Positions 58,301 through 64,000 of a stretch of DNA of 64,000 nucleotides are shown here, one piece after another; the first letter of the stretch is position 1; each line of letters starts with the position of its first letter. The notes beneath the pieces are model-generated. The model did not search any database. It worked only from the letters and a program-made list of their open reading frames with translations, and had not been told where the DNA came from. This stretch comes from a virus, in the IMG/VR virus record IMGVR_UViG_3300007609_000014, positions 4,792 to 68,791 of that record, one strand, 5' to 3'. A program made the translations under genes and the position numbers.

Positions 58301-59776
58301 GTTAAAATTAATATAGGATACGCCTGGATTAGGAGTTTCGATGTTTAAATTACCATCTGTGGATTCTATGGTATTTCCGTCAATTTGAACATTGTCTATT
58401 TCTGCAAACACGCCTGAAATAGAAGTGTTAGAAATTAAGTTTTCTAACTCTAATGTATCGTCTATGACGACAGTTTTAGATCCAGGCTCTAATCTCAAGT
58501 CAAAGCCTGAACCTTCAGTTTTGATTATGTTATCGTCGATGTTTACATCGTTTACGGTTATTCTATCAGCTGTTAAATGATCTATAACATCGACACTGTC
58601 GTTTATCGTAACAATTCCGGTTTCTACTACGTCGATTAGTAAATCACCAGTGTTAGTTGTAATCCTATTAACCACGGACACGTCACTGGTAACAGTGTCA
58701 ACTACGTCTAAATCATGTTCTATAAACACATAACCGTAGTTGTTTGTGTTACCGTAAAAATTAAAAGTGTTAACTGTGCTGTCTTCTAAATTATTAACTT
58801 TAAAATTTAAATCGCTTGCATAAGATTCTATGGTATTACCGTCTATTTCTAACTCATTATCAATTACCAGTTTTGCATCAGGACCAGTAATTTTAAAATC
58901 TTTGATAATTTCAGTTATGCTTTGAAGTTCTATTCGTGTTGGATCAGAAGATGCACTGTCAGCAGGTCCTGACCTTAAAATTAAATCAGTGTCAGGTGTA
59001 GCGATCTCAATAAAATTATCGTTTATAAAAATATCATCTACTAAAATTTCAGGAGTTTCCAACAACCCTTCACTCACTAAGCTTCCTGTTTCACCGTCGA
59101 TTGTTAATACAGTTTCACCAGCGGAATTAAGGAATGTAAGATCTGAACTGTCTACCATAGTAAGCGATCCATCGATTTCCATAGGACCTTCTACACCAAA
59201 CTTATTGCCCGCATCAGGTATGATAATAAAGTTTGTGCCATCAGTTTTAAGAGTAACATCGCCGGGTTCGGCAAACACAGGAGTTGTAGGAGGTCCAAAT
59301 GATATTGGTCCGCCTTGTATTCCTATTGCAATACCTCCACTTACGTTTACTACCTGTCCGGAAATAGTTCCGTTTGATGTAGTAATATCTTGATCTACTG
59401 TGAGATTTTGTAAAACATTTAGATCTTGTTGAACAGTCAAATTAGCGTTTAGATCTGTATCAGATGCGATAATAAGTTTATCTGCGCCAGTTGCAGCTTG
59501 TAGGTTGAGATTTCCCAGTGTAGATGCTATACTGTTGTTTTGTATCTGCACATCACCTAGGGTCGAAATAGCTGTAGCAATAAGATTTGTAGAGGTAGTG
59601 GTGCCAGATATCTCAAGTTCGGAAGTTGGAGTTTCTGTGTTTACACCTAGGAAGTTATTAGATACGTTAAAGTAAAGCAGGGGAGTGTCGCCCGGATAGT
59701 TACTAAAACTTATATCTACATCTTCCCTATAAAGGTTAGACTTCAAGACCTGGCCAGATATGCGCCCTATAGCCAT
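55388..59776 (-). CDS. 1462-aa virion structural protein with fibre-type N-half and PKD/Ig-like domains
   Basis: Track ORF 55388..59881. The ATG at 59776 (MAIGRISGQVLKSNL) follows a GGGGGA Shine-Dalgarno; the upstream 35 codons lie within a structured leader. PKD-like YSIDWGDG...ITHTF and EVDWD...SFTY motifs. Confidence 0.85.
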   Translation of the reverse strand: MAIGRISGQVLKSNLYREDVDISFSNYPGDTPLLYFNVSNNFLGVNTETPTSELEISGTTTSTNLIATAISTLGDVQIQNNSIASTLGNLNLQAATGADKLIIASDTDLNANLTVQQDLNVLQNLTVDQDITTSNGTISGQVVNVSGGIAIGIQGGPISFGPPTTPVFAEPGDVTLKTDGTNFIIIPDAGNKFGVEGPMEIDGSLTMVDSSDLTFLNSAGETVLTIDGETGSLVSEGLLETPEILVDDIFINDNFIEIATPDTDLILRSGPADSASSDPTRIELQSITEIIKDFKITGPDAKLVIDNELEIDGNTIESYASDLNFKVNNLEDSTVNTFNFYGNTNNYGYVFIEHDLDVVDTVTSDVSVVNRITTNTGDLLIDVVETGIVTINDSVDVIDHLTADRITVNDVNIDDNIIKTEGSGFDLRLEPGSKTVVIDDTLELENLISNTSISGVFAEIDNVQIDGNTIESTDGNLNIETPNPGVSYINFNSSLEVQGNIHATGTISADGDLILGDEDTDNITLNADINSNVLPDINSDGTTGYTLGAINKNWKNIFSKKLTLDGYTTDKIDNNEFNIENNPSDTAVVTQGALARFSANVSTGDRIPVGPPDDSTFDDGAFLRSAETTADGSPKPLDVFADDMKVSQAVDLLNESLNNIRNNTFIRSVDFEASPIAGGSGSTITLNLDIDGTHTQVEVDWDVTGQLAAQGVTDIKEITYPSGTPVSFTYNAVLGGLFTVRVVARNTDAQFPGSAGTDAEEEKIDYIIIYTPDPVADFDLYRSPTGGSALTGNLLYVVEGNFLALENLTTNTGVALGAGNTATYSIDWGDGAPLDNVASDTDPGGRDGARITHTFADGTTTGTGTTDVTLTLETHSTADPAVIPTSATKTIKIYENDPTPPNFIDSKTISFANSTGLNPRLAANATDNSATSTTSAGQSVNRTVATSGTIDTDIISTLTYSSTGNESDFDFGNRPVVSSLVNDTADGTVTFSPTLGANIGTYNSLVITSETDFNLFNSAGQSIPFVDTIFYPSAFNGFKAKIAEDAASIPVGLNTFQIRQETPSGTYNTNVLDFVKDDVTNTVTLGGGVISEGVAGNYRYISGVPYYNTGNPTLVISGITADSWIGQTYANISNVVEVRNGLSNIEGQSFSAIASGLNYSYADINNGASTYLSGGIPQANTGNGTPYTLGNLTVPITSSGIVTVDTIRYRMRNINGYSSFVEKSTKIAVFRSTQGGAIGISEIAIEVDNSLGNGVFTDDGVRIFNFANDPVDNPAFSSTGVNYYSNNPYSESSDPGVAGTQEATIRFGVLEHNVENYSLDYLPSGPDRSFDTGTQYFTFAFRRQVVANFGINITSSTGVAGVWIAAPGTAIDSASSINGWLDCSIQYAGAGVPGADSDNGGNGSNGCASTGGDIIAPNTALSGQYVMTLGAENMSNATNNVVLVRIALDAGQKITTLEIGEA

Positions 59777-59876
59777 AGTTAATTCCCCCGGGGATCCTGT
59801 CCCTCCAACCAAATTCTCAGCCTTTCGGCTCTTTGCTGGTTGACCACAGTTTGTCCTGGGAAAACCCTTTCCCATT
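59777..59876 (-). ncRNA. Structured 5' leader / candidate cis-regulatory RNA
   Basis: GC-rich segment directly after ATAAATA: hairpin UGGGAAA/UUUCCCA, then a long interrupted stem GGA/UCC, CUGU/ACAG, CAACCAG/UUGGUUG, AGCC-GAAA-GGCU (GNRA loop). Confidence 0.6.
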
Positions 59877-59881
59877 AACAA

Positions 59882-59888
59882 TATTTAT
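59882..59888 (-). promoter_or_regulatory. T4-like late promoter (ATAAATA)
   Basis: Immediately upstream of the structured leader. Confidence 0.7.
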
Positions 59889-59922
59889 GGTGGAGAATTA
59901 ATTAATTAACGTGTGTTTTAAT

Positions 59923-60630
59923 TTACTTGTTGAAGTTGTGTAACACAGTTACCGGCTTGTCAAACGGAACGCCACTAGTGAACTCGAGATAGTATCCTAT
60001 TTCTCTTACTAGTCCGGTTCCTGAGGCAGGTCCTGTTGCGGTAAACACAGTGCCTTGATTGTTATCAGATGCACCTACAGTTGTAAAGTCTGTTGACGCA
60101 CCTCCGGTGCCGTCGTTAGGCGTAGTAATAACATATTCTGTACCTGTTACTAAACTATCAGCAGATACTTCAGCGCCTGCATTAGGTGTAGACGGATTTT
60201 GAACTAGATTATAGTTTGTGCTTGATATTTGGAATACATTTTCAATTAAAACAATCATGCTTTGAGCTACATCAGTTAGTGTCTGCGAATCAGCTGATGT
60301 TCCAACTGGAAAATCTAAATCCTGATTATCTAGTGGACCAAAAATAGTTTCTAAACCAGCAGCTCCCCGTAGAGTTTGTTGAACAACTCGTCTAGGCTCT
60401 TTGTAGCGGACTTTCCTCCACTGGCCGTCCTGATAAGCTTCAAACTCTTCTGTTGTAACGTTGTATCTAAAATGTCCATTTTCTGGAGAAAGAGGCCGTT
60501 CAGCAGTAGTGCCCTTGGGCACTAGCATTACATTTTTTGAGTCAAGTATTACTTGATCATTAATATCATATACTACCGCTTTGCCAAGGGCATTTTTGTT
60601 ACTGGTAGATTGCCTCTTTAAAAATCTCAT
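59923..60630 (-). CDS. 235-aa virion structural protein
   Basis: VPKGTTAERP...GHFRYN....FEAY..GQW motif typical of T4-like fibre proteins; TAATG coupling with the upstream gene. Confidence 0.85.
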   Translation of the reverse strand: MRFLKRQSTSNKNALGKAVVYDINDQVILDSKNVMLVPKGTTAERPLSPENGHFRYNVTTEEFEAYQDGQWRKVRYKEPRRVVQQTLRGAAGLETIFGPLDNQDLDFPVGTSADSQTLTDVAQSMIVLIENVFQISSTNYNLVQNPSTPNAGAEVSADSLVTGTEYVITTPNDGTGGASTDFTTVGASDNNQGTVFTATGPASGTGLVREIGYYLEFTSGVPFDKPVTVLHNFNK

Positions 60631-60968
60631 TATAGCTCCAAGAAACTTGTAGTTGCTGATAACACAGTCGGTGAATCACTGTTTAGGATAATTCTATCTC
60701 CTGCATCAAGAATAATCTTTTCTGTATCAAAGGTGAATGTTTCACCTGCCGGCAACTGCACACTATTAATAACTTTATTTATGTCATCAATCGGTGATCC
60801 TTGCTTGACAAAATGCAAATCAAAGCTTGTTGAATTTGCAGTTTCATCTAAAGGATCAGGTGTAGCAGTATTACACACCATTATCACAGTTACAGCATAC
60901 CGCAGACCTGCTGGAACTGCTAGTAATTCTGTATCTTGTGTATCTATTAAAACACTTTGAATAGCCAT
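60630..60968 (-). CDS. 112-aa small beta-rich virion adaptor (divergent member of the paralogue family)
   Basis: MAIQSVLIDTQDTELLAVPAGLRYAVTVIMVCN...ETFTFDTEKIILDAGDRI...SFLEL; AAGG Shine-Dalgarno. Confidence 0.85.
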   Translation of the reverse strand: MAIQSVLIDTQDTELLAVPAGLRYAVTVIMVCNTATPDPLDETANSTSFDLHFVKQGSPIDDINKVINSVQLPAGETFTFDTEKIILDAGDRIILNSDSPTVLSATTSFLEL

Positions 60969-60980
60969 TGTCTTTACCTT

Positions 60981-61976
60981 TTAAAATATAATTCCATATA
61001 GAATTGATTTACTTCTACTTACCAATTCATCTCTAGTAGCGTCTTCGTTAACAAAGTATATACCTGTACCTCCAATTGCTTGTGGTCCTGCATATATTTT
61101 CACACCGTCTGTCGGTTGTCCAGGAGGAGTAAAAACATTAGGTTGCTTTGGTATAAGCATATTATTGTTTATAACAACACTGTTGTTAGCCCCGTTTGAC
61201 GAAAGAACCATATCTGTCTGTGCAACTCTTGGACTAATTTCATCTCCTTCGATTCTAATATCTTGTAACTCTATAAAATCGTCGTAAAATGTAGCTGTCA
61301 GAGTATTGTCTAAATTGACAGATATGTTGCTTCGTTGTCCTGTAAATTCCTCGTCTCGCACTTCTACAAAACTTTCTGTTATAGCACCTTGAGTAATTTT
61401 TGATATACCCACTGATCCTAGTACAGCATCATCTACATATTTTTTGTTAGGAATATCATCGTCGTCTGTGACATTCTGTTCATAGTTAACTGTTCCTGTA
61501 ACGCTTACTACGCTAGTTCCTTGATTTAGAAGATACAGATTACCACCGTTGGTAGTAATACTGTTTGTGCGTATACCAATCAGATTATCTTCTTCATCTG
61601 TGAAAATAAATCCGCCTGTCTTGGCTCCTACTGCACCCGGATCTGCCGGTGTTCCGTCGAAATCTTTCCATTGAACACTTTCGTCAAAGAACAATCTAGC
61701 ACTTGGAAAACTTCCACGATCAATTTCTATGCCTGACTTGCCAGGATTTCCAATAGTTCCGGTAATTCCGGTTCCGTTTTCTCCCTGATTAAGAACAATT
61801 ATGTTATCTTCTACTGTGAGCGTAGCGGATTCAATTGTGGTAGTAGTTCCTTCTACTAACAAGTCTCCGCTAATCCGTACTTGTCCAGAGTCGTCACCAG
61901 TGTACAGAGTAATGTTGCCACCGTCTCTGGTCTGGATTTTGTAATCGCCGTCTGGAACTCTTAGGAATTTGCTCAT
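60981..61976 (-). CDS. 331-aa virion fibre-type protein
   Basis: Contains one GTTTTIES..L.VEDNIIVLN.GE...SGIEIDRG module shared with the giant fibres; ends RSKSILYGIIF; AAGGA Shine-Dalgarno. Confidence 0.85.
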   Translation of the reverse strand: MSKFLRVPDGDYKIQTRDGGNITLYTGDDSGQVRISGDLLVEGTTTTIESATLTVEDNIIVLNQGENGTGITGTIGNPGKSGIEIDRGSFPSARLFFDESVQWKDFDGTPADPGAVGAKTGGFIFTDEEDNLIGIRTNSITTNGGNLYLLNQGTSVVSVTGTVNYEQNVTDDDDIPNKKYVDDAVLGSVGISKITQGAITESFVEVRDEEFTGQRSNISVNLDNTLTATFYDDFIELQDIRIEGDEISPRVAQTDMVLSSNGANNSVVINNNMLIPKQPNVFTPPGQPTDGVKIYAGPQAIGGTGIYFVNEDATRDELVSRSKSILYGIIF

Positions 61977-61986
61977 TTACAAATCC

Positions 61987-62418
61987 TTACTGTGCAGGTA
62001 ATGCCACAACTAATGTGTTTGCAGGGTTTGTTCCTGTTTCAAGATCATCCGGGAAGTTGCCAATAGCATATACAGCATTGAACTCAGTGCCACCGCCTTC
62101 AACTTGAACAGTTCTGTTACGAATTTTTGTAACCTGATATGTATTAGTAGAATCTGATGCTGCTGCATCAATAGTAAATTCACCAGCTTCAAGAGCTTCG
62201 CTCAAACCGGTACCTTTTTTGTTTACTAGTTGTAAAATTTCGTCTGCGGCTGGATCACCTGCATTAGAATCAAGTCTTACAACATAACGGCTGTCACTTA
62301 CTTGTCTTACAAGATGTGCACCTGTTGTAGCTTCTGATTCACCTGTGAAAAAATGTCTAGTTACGGCAATTCGGCCTGGACCGAAACCGATTTTATCTTT
62401 GTTTACTGGACGTCCCAT
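61987..62418 (-). CDS. 143-aa late protein (probable virion protein)
   Basis: Track ORF 61987..62493. The ATG at 62418 (MGRPVNKDKIG) has a strong AAGGAG Shine-Dalgarno; the upstream 25 codons overlap a structured leader. Confidence 0.8.
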   Translation of the reverse strand: MGRPVNKDKIGFGPGRIAVTRHFFTGESEATTGAHLVRQVSDSRYVVRLDSNAGDPAADEILQLVNKKGTGLSEALEAGEFTIDAAASDSTNTYQVTKIRNRTVQVEGGGTEFNAVYAIGNFPDDLETGTNPANTLVVALPAQ

Positions 62419-62500
62419 TTGTTTCTCCTTATGTCGACGTTCTAGGTCTACGCGGTGGGCATTTCCGCATAAGTCTTCTTTGCAGAAGCTCATTTAGACA
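62419..62500 (-). ncRNA. Structured 5' leader (three-way junction) / candidate cis-regulatory RNA
   Basis: GUCUA/UAGAC closing stem, AUGAG-CUUCU-GCAA-AGAAG-A-CUUAU arm, GCGG/CCGC arm; lies between ATAAATA and the Shine-Dalgarno. Confidence 0.55.
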
Positions 62501-62503
62501 ATG

Positions 62504-62510
62504 TATTTAT
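62504..62510 (-). promoter_or_regulatory. T4-like late promoter (ATAAATA), overlapping the stop codon of the 130-aa gene
   Basis: Motif match directly upstream of the structured leader. Confidence 0.7.
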
Positions 62511-62899
62511 CTCGTTTTCAGTTTAACTCGATTTATGAAATCTCTCACGTATTCAAAATTTCTGCTGAGTTTACCGAACAGTTCTGGATTATAAATTTGC
62601 GATGCTTGATCGTAACTGCTTGCACCTATGAGAGAATAATAGTCAATGCTTATACCATAATCAGGAAACATTCCTGTTATAAACAAACAGTGATCGCCTA
62701 GTTCTTTGGCTTGTTGTTTTGATTGTAATTCAAAAAAAGTTTCTGCAAATGTTGTTGTTGGAAGGAATTCTTGGTCTCTTACTCTTGATGCTAGCAGTAA
62801 GATTATATATTGTTCAACGTAATCTGGCATTTCGATACCAGTTTCGTTTCTTGTTTCAATGACTGCATTGGTAAATGCAACTACATATTCGTCTTGCAT
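62507..62899 (-). CDS. 130-aa helical hypothetical protein
   Basis: ORF track; KELGDHCLFITGMFP...YY..IG..SY motif; composition unlike the neighbouring fibre proteins. Confidence 0.75.
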   Translation of the reverse strand: MQDEYVVAFTNAVIETRNETGIEMPDYVEQYIILLLASRVRDQEFLPTTTFAETFFELQSKQQAKELGDHCLFITGMFPDYGISIDYYSLIGASSYDQASQIYNPELFGKLSRNFEYVRDFINRVKLKTR

Positions 62900-62904
62900 A
62901 AAAT

Positions 62905-62911
62905 TATTTAT
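62905..62911 (-). promoter_or_regulatory. T4-like late promoter (ATAAATA), 5 nt before the ATG
   Basis: ATAAATA-ATTTT-ATG just downstream of the capsid terminator. Confidence 0.6.
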
Positions 62912-62920
62912 TACACAGAC

Positions 62921-62948
62921 AAAAAAATAGGCCCCGAAGGGCCTATTT
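62921..62948 (-). terminator. Intrinsic terminator after the major capsid gene
   Basis: Minus strand AAATAGGCCC-TTCG-GGGCCTATTT-TTTT; C(UUCG)G tetraloop typical of T4-like terminators. Confidence 0.92.
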
Positions 62949-62971
62949 CAGTAGTGTTACCTAAGTAACTA

Positions 62972-64000
62972 TTAGCTGAAGCTAACGTTTCCGTTAGTTA
63001 CGCCAACTGCTGCTAGATAGTCAGCAGCGTTACCTAGAGATGACGCTGTGTTAGTCAATTCTACATAACCATAGCGAGTCATAAAGCTCACTGTTGGCTC
63101 GAATGTAGAAGGATCTAGTACAACACCACTGCTCATCAATGGAATGTATGGGCAGTAGAATGCAGCCGCATCTGATTCTGAAGTACCTTTGTACCCGATC
63201 AGAACGTTTGCACTGTCACTAGCATATGTGTTAACATATACACGCATTGCATTGTTTAGTGTACCAACCATCTTAGTGTTAGTTGGAGCTTCGAATGTAC
63301 CTTCAGTTGTACGAGCGAACGCTGAAGTAGTGGCACTTTGTAGAATTGTAAGCGCAAATGGGCTTACAACACACCAGTTACCAGCACCACGACGTGTGCG
63401 CTGTGCAATCAGGTTTGAAGCACGGTTGATTTGAACTGCCAATGCGGCATGCTCGTCACCAACGAAAGTAGCAGTACCACTAACGGCGGCTTGGTCGTAT
63501 GTTTCAACAACGTTACCAGCTAGTGAGTCTAGGCTACCAAGTACTTCTTGGTCAATTTCAGCTGTAATTTCTTGTGCAAGTGCAGCCATAATTTCAGCTT
63601 CAACGTCGATGCCATGCTGAGACTGAGCGTCTTGAGCAGCTTCGAAAGTCCAGCGTGCGCTGAGCTTACGAGTCTTGGCTTCAACAGTTTGCTTCAAGAT
63701 TTGAATTGACATTCTGTTACCAGCTTGTCCTTCTAGTGAAGCAGTGGCGCTTGGAGCAGCATCGCTGCCTGGTGCACCTGAATATGCTTCAGCAATCTTG
63801 AATGGTGAAAGTGCTTCTTCACCTGCTGTAGCACCGTTGTCTGTATCAGAATAACGTACACGTAGTGTATGAATCTGACCGACTGGTCCTGTCATTGGCT
63901 GGACACCAACTAGTTCATTTGCAATGACTGTTGGCATTACACGTCTGATCACTGGAAGGATCACACGATTTAGTGTTGCAACGTTACCGGCAGAAGTAGC
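62972..64000 (-). CDS. gp23: Major capsid protein, T4 gp23-like (5'-truncated by window edge)
   Basis: LPVIRRVMP...GVQPMTGPVGQI..LR, VEAKTRKLSARWTFEAAQD...HGIDVEAE, EIDQE, IAQRTRRGAGN, GYKG..E.DA..FYCPYIPL, FMTRYG; the frame stays open to position 64000. Confidence 0.97.
   Translation of the reverse strand, partial: ATSAGNVATLNRVILPVIRRVMPTVIANELVGVQPMTGPVGQIHTLRVRYSDTDNGATAGEEALSPFKIAEAYSGAPGSDAAPSATASLEGQAGNRMSIQILKQTVEAKTRKLSARWTFEAAQDAQSQHGIDVEAEIMAALAQEITAEIDQEVLGSLDSLAGNVVETYDQAAVSGTATFVGDEHAALAVQINRASNLIAQRTRRGAGNWCVVSPFALTILQSATTSAFARTTEGTFEAPTNTKMVGTLNNAMRVYVNTYASDSANVLIGYKGTSESDAAAFYCPYIPLMSSGVVLDPSTFEPTVSFMTRYGYVELTNTASSLGNAADYLAAVGVTNGNVSFS

Noticed and set aside
59777-59876. c-di-GMP-I riboswitch (GCAAA...GAAA resemblance)
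   Set aside because: The order of elements and the second stem with its tetraloop receptor do not match the consensus as I recall it; kept only as an unassigned structured leader
59777-59881. N-terminal extensions given by the ORF track for the 1497, 168 and 189-aa ORFs
   Set aside because: The extensions start within about 20 nt of a late promoter with no Shine-Dalgarno; the downstream ATGs (59776, 62418, 39232) have clear Shine-Dalgarno-like sequences
62446-62499. Hammerhead ribozyme (CUAAAUGAG resembles CUGAUGAG)
   Set aside because: The core CUGANGA and a correctly placed GAAA/NUH are absent
3403-63434. Many plus-strand ORFs (up to 515 aa) and short alternative-frame minus ORFs in the track
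   Set aside because: They are antisense or alternative-frame shadows of the Gly/Thr/Val/Asn-rich minus-strand genes (PVTLPVT mirrors GNVTGNVTG) and show no independent protein motifs

Overview
A 64-kb late (virion-morphogenesis) region of a large T4-like phage, with all credible genes on the minus strand. The 3' part of a gp23-type major capsid gene runs off the right edge. It is followed by a UUCG terminator, T4-type late promoters (ATAAATA/CTAAATA) and a chain of virion fibre/adaptor genes, including giant proteins of 1462, 4253, 6200, 2243 and >=4447 aa. The last of these (1..13343, a multi-beta-propeller protein with two FG-GAP propellers) is missing from the ORF track because it runs off the left edge. 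The most striking signal is in the 4253-aa protein: 20 tandem helical repeats, each with an invariant C-x-R-D motif in a context that aligns by eye with the bilin-attachment helix of phycobiliproteins (alpha-phycocyanin Cys84/Arg86/Asp87). This suggests a possibly bilin-binding virion appendage. Other signals: two structured late-gene RNA leaders, a 131-bp near-perfect repeat that could fuse two giant fibre genes in frame, recurring C-terminal/N-terminal motif pairs between neighbouring genes, and two cupredoxin-like domains lacking copper ligands. All family assignments are by-eye motif recognition; no database search was run.
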